A DNA stretch of 64,000 bases from an uncultured Chloroflexia bacterium (GCA_963743255.1 CAVUPD010000001.1:122854-186853); one strand, 5' to 3'; shown: positions 49,513-59,207, counted from the stretch's first letter. Notes: generated by a model not told the origin, from the sequence alone. Numbers and translations: made by a program.

Positions 49513-51868
49513 ATGAAGAGCGCCGGTACGCAAGCCTCGGGTAGCCCTGTAGGCGAGAACGTCCCCCGCATCGACGCCCGTCCGAAGGTGACCGGGGCGG
49601 CGGTGTTTGCGGATGACATCCAGTTCGGGGATTCGCTGCTGCACGCCCGCATCAAGCGCAGTCCCCACCCGCACGCGCTCATCTGCAAGATCGACACCTC
49701 CCGCGCCCGCGCCCTGCCCGGCGTGAAGGCAGTCGTCACCGGCGAGGATTTCCCCCTTCACATCGGGTTGTATCTTCAGGACCGATACATCTTCTGCCGC
49801 GACCGCGTGCGCTACGTCGGCGATCCGGTGGCGGGGGTGGCCGCCACCAGCCCGGAGATCGCCCAGAAGGCCCTCGATCTGATCGACGTGGAGTACGAAG
49901 TGCTCGAGCCGGTCCTGGACCCTGAACTGGGAACCTACCCCAACGCGGCGCTGCTTCACCCCGAGCTGGGCCAGTATCCGGTCGCCAACTTCATCTTCCC
50001 CAAGCCGGGGACGAACATCTCCAATCACTTCAAGATCCGCAAGGGTGATGTCGACAGCGCCTGGAGCCAATGCGCGGCCACGGTCGAGCGCAAATACCGG
50101 ATTCCCCACATTCAACACGTGCCCATCGAACCTCATGTCGCCGTGGCCCAGGTGGAAGAGTCCGGGGAGATCACGCTGTGGGGCAGTTCCCAGTCGCCGT
50201 TCGCCCAGCGCAATCTCATTGCCCAGTCGATGGGGATCTCCCAGAGCCGGATGCGTGTGATCGCGCCGCTGGTGGGCGGCGGGTTTGGAAGCAAGGCCGG
50301 GGTCAGCATGGAGGCCCTGGTGGTGGCCATCGCCACGAAGGCGCACGGACGGCCGGTGAAGCTGCTGCTGACGCGTGAAGAGGAGTTCTACACGGCGTTC
50401 GTGCGCCAGGGACTGGTCGCCCAGTTCAAGATGGGGTGCGATGCCAAGGGCCGGCTCCTGGCCATGGAGAATGTCTTCTACTGGGACGGCGGAGCCTACA
50501 CGGAATACGGCGTCAACGTCACGCGGGCCGCCGGCTACAGCAGCAGCGGCCCGTACGAAGTGCCCAACATCCAGACCGACAGCTACTGCGTCTACACCAA
50601 CCATCCGGTCGGCGGGCCGATGCGCGGCTTCGGTATGCCCGAGATGCACGCCGGATTGGAGCAGTGCATCGACGAGCTTGCCCTTCAGGTCGGGATGGAT
50701 GTGGTTGAGTTCCGCAAGCTCAACTGCCTGAAGACCGGCAGCACGCTGGTGACCGGGAGCAAGATGCATCCGACCGGGTTGCCCGTCTGCATCGAGAAGA
50801 CCGCCGAGGCCATCGGGTGGGGAAAGAAGGCTCCGCCCAGCGCCCCCAACAAGCGGCGCGGCAAGGGGCTGGCCCTGATGTGGAAGGCGCCGGCCATGCC
50901 TCCCAATGCGGGCTCCAGCGCCTGGGTCGAGCTGGCCGAGGACGGCACGGTCACGGTCGGTGTCGGGGGCCAGGAAATCGGGCAGGGAGTCTTCACCGTG
51001 GCTGCCCAGATGGCAGCCGCCGCACTGGGCGTTCCGTACGAGTCTCGTCCGCGTCGCCACGCCGGTCGACACGCGCTACAGCCCCTACGAATGGCAGACC
51101 GTCGCCAGCCGCCTCACCTGGAGCATGGGCAATGCCATCGTAAACGCTGCCCACGACGCCAAGCGCCAGATTCTGGGTACGGTGGCCGAGGCCTGGGGAG
51201 AGACTCCCGAAGACCTGGAGATCGTCCAAGGCGTGGTGGTCTCGTACAAGAGCGAGAAGGAGATCCCGCTCAAGGGCATCGCCATCTACGGCCTTCCCAA
51301 GCCGAATGACCAGGGCTGGAGGGGCGGACCGGTCATCGGGCGTGGCAACTTCATGCCCACGTACGTTACCGGTCTGGATCCAGAAACCGGCCAGGGCGAA
51401 CGCGCCGTCGTGCACTACACCACCGGAGCCCAGGCGGTCGAATTGGAGGTCGACCTGGACACCGGCCGCCTCGAGATCCTCCGGGGAGTCTCGGCCTTTG
51501 ACGTCGGCAAAGCCATCAACCCGGGACAGGTCGAAGCGCAGATGGAGGGCGGTTTCGTTCAGGGCATGAGCTCGGCCCTGTTTGAGAGCCTGAACTTGAA
51601 GGACGGCGTGGTGAGGAGCCCCAGCTTCGTCGACTACCGCATCGCCACGTCGGCCGACGCCCCCATGGACCTGCGCTCCTTCATTGTCGAGGTGGCGCAG
51701 GATGATGGGCCGTGGGGAGCGCGGGGGATTGGCGAGCACTCCATGGTGCCCACCATCCCGGCCATTGCGAATGCCATCTATGACGCGGTCGGGGTCCGTC
51801 TGGAAGGACCCCCGTTCACGGCCGAGAAGGTCTATCTGGCCATGCTGGAGGCCGGGGTTGTGAAGTGA
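49513..51868 (+). CDS. molybdopterin-binding large subunit of a xanthine-dehydrogenase/aldehyde-oxidoreductase-family hydroxylase, set 2; one apparent frameshift near 51040
   Basis: IDARPKVTGAAVFADD, VGGGFGSK, GGPMRGFGMPE, then VRVATPVDTRYSPYEWQTVASR...GIGEHSMVPTIPAIANAIYDA. The pieces lie in ORFs 49381..51309 and 50906..51868. Confidence 0.88.
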
Positions 51869-52105
51869 TGGTGGCGAGCGGCAGGACCCTGGGCAGGCGG
51901 GCCGATAGGATCGGGATGTCCCGCAGCCCCTCCGAGAGAAGGCTGAACGGCAGGATGCTTCCGCAACCCTGTAGATGTCGAGCGGCCGAATGAGCTCAAC
52001 AAGAGGAACTCCGGCCAGGCGCTGCCCGCGTGATCACATTTCGGCGCCGTGCCCTATGGCGCGCGTCGTCCCGTACATCCTGATTTTCCGATAGGAGGAA
52101 ACGCT

Positions 52106-52795
52106 ATGCCCGTGGACATGGAACTCGAAATGGTCTTGCGGCCGCCGCAGATCCCCATGCCGCCGTATCCGCCCAAGGTCATCACGCTGGCCAACGGCAA
52201 GCGGATGGTCGTGCGCCAGGCGCAGCGCGAGGACGTCCCGGCGATCCTCAAGTCGGTTCACCCGTGCCTGTTCATCGAGCGCGACTACTACGACATCGTC
52301 AGCGCCCGGCTGTATGGCGAACTGCTGGCCTGGTACCGCTACCGGGTCAAGAGCGAGTACTGCCTGCTGGGGCAGGTGGACGGCTACCTGGTGGGGATCG
52401 TCAACGGACGGCTGGAGAACGAGAAGGTCGGCATGAGCTACCACACGCTGGCCATCGACCGCGGCCTGCGCATCGGCTCCCACCTGTTCGCAGCCAAGAT
52501 GGAATACCACATCGACTACATCGGGCAGGACCAGATCCTGATCGTGGCCGAGAGCCCGATCGGCTTCCGGCGATGGATGGTCGAGTACCCGCTCGAAGAG
52601 ACGAAGATCCCGCACGAACTGGGGGGCGGCGACTCGTGGGTCCTGACGCGCGAGACCTACCTCAAGGCCAAGCCACGCCTGGTGGTCGGGGACCGTCCGG
52701 TCCCCAAGGCCTTGTTGGACGAGGCCATGGCCGAGATCAAGTTCGCCGACGACGACACCATTCGCGAGCGTATCGCCGGGCTGAAGGGCAGGTGA
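52106..52795 (+). CDS. hypothetical protein, possibly GNAT-fold acyltransferase-like
   Basis: RBS GGAGGA plus ATG 52106. The pattern MVVRQAQREDVPAILKSV...GYLVGIVNG...HTLAIDRGLRIGSHLF resembles GNAT beta-strand/helix motifs. The assignment is tentative. Confidence 0.45.
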   Translation: MPVDMELEMVLRPPQIPMPPYPPKVITLANGKRMVVRQAQREDVPAILKSVHPCLFIERDYYDIVSARLYGELLAWYRYRVKSEYCLLGQVDGYLVGIVNGRLENEKVGMSYHTLAIDRGLRIGSHLFAAKMEYHIDYIGQDQILIVAESPIGFRRWMVEYPLEETKIPHELGGGDSWVLTRETYLKAKPRLVVGDRPVPKALLDEAMAEIKFADDDTIRERIAGLKGR

Positions 52796-52799
52796 GGCC

Positions 52800-53990
52800 A
52801 TGAGAGACGTCGCCATCCTCGGCGTCGGCATGATCCCCTTTGGCCGGCGCGATGAAGACAGCCTGATGGACATGCTGGCCGCCGCCTCCCTGAAGGCACT
52901 GGACGATGCCGGCCTGGGCAACGAGACGGTCGATGCGGTCTACGTCGCCAACATGGGCGGCGGCATGCTGCAGCATCAGGCGTCGATTGCCAGCTCGTTG
53001 GTCGATCGCCTGAGCCTGCTGCCCGCAGCCGCCGAGACCATCGAGAACGGGCCCGCCTCCGGCGCCTCGGCGGTCAAGAACGGCCTGCTGGCGATCGCCT
53101 CCGGTTACTACGACATCGTTCTCGTGGCCGGCGGCGAGAAGATGCGGGAGGTCACCGGCTGGCGCGCCACCGACTTCGTCGCCACCATGACCCACCCGCA
53201 GGCCGAGTACCCCTACGGCATCACCTTGCCTGGGATGGCCGGGATGTTCACCAGGCTGTACATGGAGAAGTACGGCGTGACCCGCGAGCACCTGCTGGCG
53301 ATCTCCCTCAAGAACCAGGAGATGGGCACGCGCAACCCCTACGCCCACGTCGAGATGGCCCTCGATCGGGAGGGCATCTTCGACAGCCCGCACGCCGTCG
53401 TCAACAATCCCGTGTCCGCCGACCCGCTCCACCTCTACGACCTATGTCCGGTGAGCGATGGCGCTGCGGCGCTGGTGCTGTGCCCCGTGGAGATGGCCAA
53501 AAAGCGCGGCAAACCGTATGTCCTCGTCGCCGGCTTCGGCCAGGCCACGGATACGCACACGCTGGCCGAGCGCGACGATCCCACCGACCTCAAGGCCGTC
53601 AGCCTGGCGGCCCAGCAGGCCTTCGCCATGGCCAAGCTCAAGCCGTCCGACGTCAGCGTGGCCGAACTGCATGACGCCTTCACCATCCTCGAGATCGCCG
53701 AAAGCGAACACGTCGGCTTCTTCAAGAAGGGCGAGGGCGGCAAAGCGGCCGTCGCCGGCAAGACGCGCCTCGGCGGGCAGATCCCGATCAATCTCTCGGG
53801 CGGTCTGAAAGCGCGCGGGCATCCCGTCGGCGCGACCGGAGTGGCCCAGATCGTGGATATCGTCTGGCAATTGCGGCATGAGTTGCCAGAGAATCGCCAG
53901 GTCAAGGACGCCACGGTCGGCCTGACGGTCAACTTCGGGGGCTTCGGCAACAATGTCATCGCCTTCGTGCTCAAGAGGGTAGAGGCATGA
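52800..53990 (+). CDS. thiolase-fold (SCP-x/lipid-transfer type) protein lacking the nucleophilic Cys
   Basis: VAILGVGMIPFG...ETIENGPASGASAVKNG...VLVAGGEKM...NLSGGLKARGHPVGATG. Typical thiolases have A-C-A-S-G where this protein has G-P-A-S-G. Confidence 0.8.
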   Translation: MRDVAILGVGMIPFGRRDEDSLMDMLAAASLKALDDAGLGNETVDAVYVANMGGGMLQHQASIASSLVDRLSLLPAAAETIENGPASGASAVKNGLLAIASGYYDIVLVAGGEKMREVTGWRATDFVATMTHPQAEYPYGITLPGMAGMFTRLYMEKYGVTREHLLAISLKNQEMGTRNPYAHVEMALDREGIFDSPHAVVNNPVSADPLHLYDLCPVSDGAAALVLCPVEMAKKRGKPYVLVAGFGQATDTHTLAERDDPTDLKAVSLAAQQAFAMAKLKPSDVSVAELHDAFTILEIAESEHVGFFKKGEGGKAAVAGKTRLGGQIPINLSGGLKARGHPVGATGVAQIVDIVWQLRHELPENRQVKDATVGLTVNFGGFGNNVIAFVLKRVEA

Positions 53991-54337
53991 AAGAGATCCC
54001 GATCGTCGCCTTCAAGTGCAAGAAGTGCGGCAAAATCCACTACCCGTTCCATGACCGCTGCCTGGAGTGCAAGGCGCGTGAGTTCGAAGAATTGCACCCG
54101 GCGGGCCAGGTCAAGCTGGTCACCTTCACCCAGATCTTCAACCTGCCCTGGGGTTTCGACGAGCGCTTCTTGATCATCGGCATCGGGGAGTTCGAGAACG
54201 GCATCAAAGCCATGGGGCGGATCAAGGCCGACGACATCGCCGGCCTCAAGCTTGGGATGAAGATGAAGCCCACCTGGGCGCCCGTCCGCAAGGTCCATGA
54301 CGAGCACGTGTACGGGTTGATGTTCGAGCCGGCCTAG
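53987..54337 (+). CDS. DUF35 Zn-ribbon/OB-fold protein (thiolase partner)
   Basis: ATGA overlap with the thiolase-fold gene. CKKCGKIHYPFHDRCLECK is a rubredoxin-like zinc ribbon, followed by an OB-fold-sized C-terminus. Confidence 0.8.
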   Translation: MKEIPIVAFKCKKCGKIHYPFHDRCLECKAREFEELHPAGQVKLVTFTQIFNLPWGFDERFLIIGIGEFENGIKAMGRIKADDIAGLKLGMKMKPTWAPVRKVHDEHVYGLMFEPA

Positions 54338-54392
54338 GACGCACTTCAGGGCCGGAGCATTCGGTTCACCATACAGGGAGCAGGAGGTCCGG

Positions 54393-55274
54393 ATGAAGCT
54401 GCTCGATCTGACCATCCCACTCGGGATCGCCACGCCGCCGTGGCCGACCTACGAGCCGCTGCAGGTCAAGTACTTCAAGCGCCTGGCACCCAACGGCGCC
54501 AACGGCCAGGTGGTGACTCACTCGAACCACCTGGGGACACACCTCGACGGCGAGATCCATTTCCACACGCCGGGCAAGGACATCGCCAGTCTGGACATGG
54601 ATTTCCTGGTGCACGAGGCGGCCGTCGTCGATCTGTCCGACGTGTGCGGTGACTACGACGTCTACACTTCGAAGATGGTTGAGGAGCGGGTGCAGGTGAA
54701 GGAGGGGGACATCCTGATCATCCACACCGGCTACCACCATTTCGGGTGGGACCAGCCCGGTGCCGATGAGATCCGCTACATGGTGAAGCACCCCGGCCCG
54801 GACCGCGAGTTCGCCGAGTGGGCCAAAACGAAAAAGCTGCGCTGGATCGGCGTCGATTGCGGCAGCGCAGATCACCCGATGAACACGATCATCCGCGATT
54901 GGATGCCGCGCCAGGCGCGCCAGGCGGACAAGGTGTTCCAGAAGAAGTTCGGAAAGCCGCTGGCGGACTACTTCGACGACAGCAAGTACCAACTGATGCA
55001 CCTGGAGATGTTTCCGTTCGGCATCATCCACGCCGAGTGCCTGGGCGGCGATCTCGACCTGCTGGTCAACCGGCGTGCGACCGTCGGTTTCTTCCCGTGG
55101 CGCTTCGTCGACGGAGAAAGCAGCATCGGCCGCTGCGTGGCGCTGGTCGAGGACGACGACTACGCCGCGCTGATGAAGAAGAAAGCGGCGATGCCGAAGA
55201 CCAAGTTCGGCGACGGCTATGATCCGACGCACGTCGAGCGGCTGAACAAGCTGACGATGGCAAACCTGGCCTAG
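54393..55274 (+). CDS. cyclase/kynurenine-formamidase-fold metal-dependent hydrolase (third paralogue)
   Basis: HSNHLGTHLDGEIHFH (HxGTHxDxxxH metal motif) and IGVDCGSADHPMNT. Collinear with both halves of 35204..36879. Confidence 0.82.
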   Translation: MKLLDLTIPLGIATPPWPTYEPLQVKYFKRLAPNGANGQVVTHSNHLGTHLDGEIHFHTPGKDIASLDMDFLVHEAAVVDLSDVCGDYDVYTSKMVEERVQVKEGDILIIHTGYHHFGWDQPGADEIRYMVKHPGPDREFAEWAKTKKLRWIGVDCGSADHPMNTIIRDWMPRQARQADKVFQKKFGKPLADYFDDSKYQLMHLEMFPFGIIHAECLGGDLDLLVNRRATVGFFPWRFVDGESSIGRCVALVEDDDYAALMKKKAAMPKTKFGDGYDPTHVERLNKLTMANLA

Positions 55275-55696
55275 AGGGCGAGTTGCGCCTGAAGACATAT
55301 CCTTGCGAGGTATTACGCAAGGGCGCGGGCAATCTTCGTCTGGGCAAGTGGGTGACAGGCAGGCCCGGTCGGAGCGCGGAGGGCGGGGATGCGATGCCTC
55401 CCTGCCCTCAAATTGCGTTGGCCGAGCGTCGAGCCAACCCGAGGACCGATCGCCGGGCGCAGGGACCTGATCCCTGGTATCGTCACTCCATCGCAATCAC
55501 CGGCGCCGGGGCGACGACCGGAGTACCCGGTTCGGCTTTAGTGACACGTCGGACCCAGCTGTCGTGCCGTCGATCCGGGCGATAGTGGTCGATCAAAGGA
55601 GCACACCTTGGCCCCGTTTGCGGACCCGTGCTCGCGGGAGTTGAAGGTACCCTCATCAGGCCGGATGATACACTTGTCGCCTCCCGGGAGGCTCGT

Positions 55697-57076
55697 ATGA
55701 CCCGTCGCCTGCTCCCGTTGCTCCTCCTGCTCCCCGCCCTATCGCTTGCCGCCGCCCCGCGCCCGTCGATTCGCGTGGCGGATGCGCAGGCCGTTCTGCA
55801 CTTCCCGGACTCCATCGACTTCACGCTCCAGGCGACGAGCACCGACCCGATCGTCACGGCCGAGGTGGAGTACGGCCTCGAAACCGCCTCATGCGCCACC
55901 GACATCAACCGCGCCAGACCGGAAGACTATGAGCCGGCGGGGGCGATCGACGTGCAGTGGACCTGGGACATGCGCCAGACCGGATCGCTGCCGCCCGGCG
56001 CACGCCTGTGGTGGCGCTGGCACCTGGTCGACTCGACGGGCCAGGAGCTGCGCACGACGACCGAGATGGTCACCTGGCTTGATGACGTGCACGCCTGGCA
56101 GACTCTGACCGACGGCACACTGTCGCTGCACACCTACAACGCCACGCCCGCCATGGCCCGCCAGCTCCTTGACGCGGCAGTGGGCGGCGCCAAACGGCTG
56201 CAAACGCAACTCGGCTCGCTGCCGGCCGACCAGGTCAACCTCTACATCTACGACAGCACGCAGGCGATGGCCGACGCCATCCTGTTCGAACCGCAATGGA
56301 CCGGAGGCATGGCCTTCCCCGAATACCGCACGATCATCCTCGGCATCGGCGAAAGCGATCTCGAATGGGGATTGAAGGCCGTCGCCCACGAACTTGCCCA
56401 CGTGGTGGTCGGCAACCTAGTCAGCGCCTGCTACAGCCGGCTGCCCACCTGGCTCAGCGAAGGCCTGGCGATGGTCGCCGAGGGCGGGCTGGACGCCGAA
56501 TCGCAGCGCATGCTCGATCAAGCGCTGCAGGACGACACGTTTTACCCGGTGCGCGCTCTGAGCGACGGGTTCACCGAGGACCCGGGCGGTGCGTCGCTGG
56601 CCTACGCTCAATCCTACAGCCTGGTGACTTACTTGCTCGAGGCGCACGGCCGCGAACGCCTGCTCGGCCTTCTCGACGCGGCACAGGCCGGGTCTCGTCC
56701 GGATGCCGCCCTGGCTGAGGTGTACGGCTTCGACACGGACGGTCTCGACCGCGCCTGGCGCCAGTGGATCGGTGCACCGCCACTCCCCGCCGAGTCGTCC
56801 GACGCCGGATCCACCCCGACCGTCATGCCGACTTATCAGCCGCTGGCCGGGCCGCCGCTGGCGATCACCGCCACGCCTGTCCCCTATCAGCCGCCTCCTC
56901 AACCGCAGCCGTCGGGAGCGTCGGATAAGTCGTGGTGGCGAACGATCGCCCTCTCGGCTGCCATCGGCATCTGCATGGGGCTCCTCGTCACGGCCGTGCT
57001 CGTGGCGGTCATCATCGTGGTCCTCGTGCGACGCCGTCGACGGCAGCCGCCGGCGGGAGGTGACCGCCATGCGTAA
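55697..57076 (+). CDS. MA-clan zinc metallopeptidase (peptidase_MA-like) with C-terminal membrane anchor
   Basis: RBS GGGAGG. Signal peptide LLPLLLLLPALSLAAA. The motif is HELAHVVVG...WLSEGLAMVAEG (HExxH plus a downstream Glu). The C-terminal TM helix is followed by RRRRRQ. Confidence 0.75.
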   Translation: MTRRLLPLLLLLPALSLAAAPRPSIRVADAQAVLHFPDSIDFTLQATSTDPIVTAEVEYGLETASCATDINRARPEDYEPAGAIDVQWTWDMRQTGSLPPGARLWWRWHLVDSTGQELRTTTEMVTWLDDVHAWQTLTDGTLSLHTYNATPAMARQLLDAAVGGAKRLQTQLGSLPADQVNLYIYDSTQAMADAILFEPQWTGGMAFPEYRTIILGIGESDLEWGLKAVAHELAHVVVGNLVSACYSRLPTWLSEGLAMVAEGGLDAESQRMLDQALQDDTFYPVRALSDGFTEDPGGASLAYAQSYSLVTYLLEAHGRERLLGLLDAAQAGSRPDAALAEVYGFDTDGLDRAWRQWIGAPPLPAESSDAGSTPTVMPTYQPLAGPPLAITATPVPYQPPPQPQPSGASDKSWWRTIALSAAIGICMGLLVTAVLVAVIIVVLVRRRRRQPPAGGDRHA

Positions 57077-59132
57077 CATGCGGCTGGTCATCCCGCTCGT
57101 GCTCACCGTCTCGATCCTTGCCGCCTGTGGTCCGCTGGCGCCTCCCCCCGCACCTACCGCCGCGGCCGAGGCGACGCTTCCCCCGCCGGGTGCGTCGTAT
57201 CCTGTTCGCTACTACCACACCGAGATGCCCGTCTCATTCGAGCCGCCCGTCGGCTGGCAGGTCAGCGAAGACATCGACGGGTTGGCCCTGGCGGAGATCA
57301 TGTCGCCCGACGGCACGCAGAGCATCCTGATCACCGCCGGCACGCCCGCCCTCAACTCCGATGCGCAGGACGAGAACCTGCAAGCGGTTCGCACCTGGCT
57401 GGGATCGAGCGCGGAGGCAGACGACGAGGGTGTCGTGGAATTCGACAGCGGCGAGGCCGGCTACCTGCGCCGCGGCCGGGGCGCAGACTCGTCAACCTGG
57501 GCCGTCGCAACCTACGTCGATCCCGAGGTCACCCTGCACCTGCTCTACGCCGCGCCGCAGTCTGCAGCCAAGTCTTCCTACACGGCGTTCACGGCTTCGG
57601 TCCGCAGCCTGCGCATCGAGCCGACAGATCCCGTCGAAGTCGATCGCACCACGACCTTGTCACTCGATGCCGGCGAGGCCGAGGAGCTCGATCCCGCCTT
57701 GACACACGTCGGGCCGTCCGGTGCCATCGGCGACCTGTTCCGCGGGTTGGTCGTCCTCGACCCCAGCCTTCGGATCCGCCCGGCGCTTGCCGAACGCTGG
57801 GAGGTCAGCCCCGACGGCGCGATCTACACCTTCTTCCTCAACCCGCAGGCGCGTTTCCACAACGCCCGGCCGGTGACGGCCGAAGATGTGATCTTCTCGT
57901 GGGAGCGCGCAGCCTCTCCGGATCTCGCCTCGCCGACGGTAATGACCTACATGGGCGATATCGCCGGGTTGGCCGCCTTCCATGCAGGGCAGGCTTCGTC
58001 GATCACCGGAGTCGAGGTTCTCGACGAGCGGACGCTGCGGGTGACGCTTGAGACGCCCCGCCCGACATTCCTGTACAAGCTTGCCTACCCGGTTTCGTGG
58101 ATCGTCGATCGAGACAACGTCGGCTTCCCCGACTGGGAGCAGCACCCCAACGGCACCGGTCCGTTCCGCGTCCTGCAACACCTCCGCGACCAGGTGCTGC
58201 TGCTCGAGTCGAATCCATGGTTCTACGGCAGTACTCCGGCCATAGAACACCTCCGCTACCTGATGTACGCCGGAAACACACAGCAGTTGTACGAGCAGGG
58301 CGAAGTCGACCAGGCCTGGGTGACGCTCGATCAGATGAGCCGGGTCGAAGACCCGGGCGACGGGCTGTACGGCACCTTGATGGCCGAGCCTTCGATGTGC
58401 ACCCACTACATCACCCTGAACACGGCCGAGCCGCCCTTCGATGACCCGAAGGTGCGCCGGGCGTTCGCCCTGGCCGTCGACCGCGAGCGCTACGTCGAGG
58501 CGCTAACCAACGGCGAAGATCGGGCCGCCCGCGGCCTACTGCCGCCGGGCATGCCCGGCTACGGCGCGGCGCTCGTGCCGCCATCCTTCGATCCTCAGGC
58601 GGCGCAGGCACTCCTGGCCGAGTCGAGCTACGGCCCGGGAGGGCTGCCCGAGATCGTGTGGACGGTGGCAACCTCCGGCGGGTGGGCGTCGGGAACAGTG
58701 GCCTTCCTGGCCGACACCTGGGAGCGCGAGCTAGGGGTCGAGATACAGCTCGAGGGCATCGACTGGCAGGACTACTACAAGCGACTGGACGCCGGAGACT
58801 ACGGCCAGATCGTATTCGAGGGCTGGTGTGCCGACTACCCGGACCCGGAGAACTTCCTCGAAGCACTGTTCCATTCCGGATCGGCGCAAAACCACGCGCG
58901 CTATGCCAGCCCCGAGTTCGACGCTCTGGTGGAGGCGGCACGCGTGGAGACCGAAACGGCCATACGGCTCGATCTGTACCGGCAGGCTGAGCAGCGGCTG
59001 CTGGATGATTCGCCGGCCATCTTCCTCAGCCACAGCGGCCCGTCGTACATGGTCTGGGATCCCTCAGTGGGCGGCTACCTGCCGGCAGCCATCGGCGTCC
59101 CGCAACACGCGGGGATGTGGATCGGGGAGTAG
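57069..59132 (+). CDS. ABC transporter substrate-binding lipoprotein, family 5 (peptide/nickel type), with ~190-aa N-terminal extension
   Basis: The ATG overlaps the upstream gene end. Lipobox ILAAC. The SBP_bac_5 core begins around LFRGLVVLDPSLRIRPALAERWEVSPDG and includes WCADYPDPENFL. Confidence 0.8.
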   Translation: MRNMRLVIPLVLTVSILAACGPLAPPPAPTAAAEATLPPPGASYPVRYYHTEMPVSFEPPVGWQVSEDIDGLALAEIMSPDGTQSILITAGTPALNSDAQDENLQAVRTWLGSSAEADDEGVVEFDSGEAGYLRRGRGADSSTWAVATYVDPEVTLHLLYAAPQSAAKSSYTAFTASVRSLRIEPTDPVEVDRTTTLSLDAGEAEELDPALTHVGPSGAIGDLFRGLVVLDPSLRIRPALAERWEVSPDGAIYTFFLNPQARFHNARPVTAEDVIFSWERAASPDLASPTVMTYMGDIAGLAAFHAGQASSITGVEVLDERTLRVTLETPRPTFLYKLAYPVSWIVDRDNVGFPDWEQHPNGTGPFRVLQHLRDQVLLLESNPWFYGSTPAIEHLRYLMYAGNTQQLYEQGEVDQAWVTLDQMSRVEDPGDGLYGTLMAEPSMCTHYITLNTAEPPFDDPKVRRAFALAVDRERYVEALTNGEDRAARGLLPPGMPGYGAALVPPSFDPQAAQALLAESSYGPGGLPEIVWTVATSGGWASGTVAFLADTWERELGVEIQLEGIDWQDYYKRLDAGDYGQIVFEGWCADYPDPENFLEALFHSGSAQNHARYASPEFDALVEAARVETETAIRLDLYRQAEQRLLDDSPAIFLSHSGPSYMVWDPSVGGYLPAAIGVPQHAGMWIGE

Positions 59133-59207
59133 CTACCAGCAGCTAGCGCCTGGCAATTTGCGGTCAGCGGTCAACATTCAGCGATCTGCGGGCGGGAGCC
59201 AGCAAGA
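59131..59207 (+). repeat. heptanucleotide tandem array (about 11 units, AGCNNNN) starting at the TAG stop of the upstream gene
   Basis: AGCTACC AGCAGCT AGCGCCT GGCAATT TGCGGTC AGCGGTC AACATTC AGCGATC TGCGGGC GGGAGCC AGCAAGA, phase-coherent at a 7-nt period. Confidence 0.7.
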
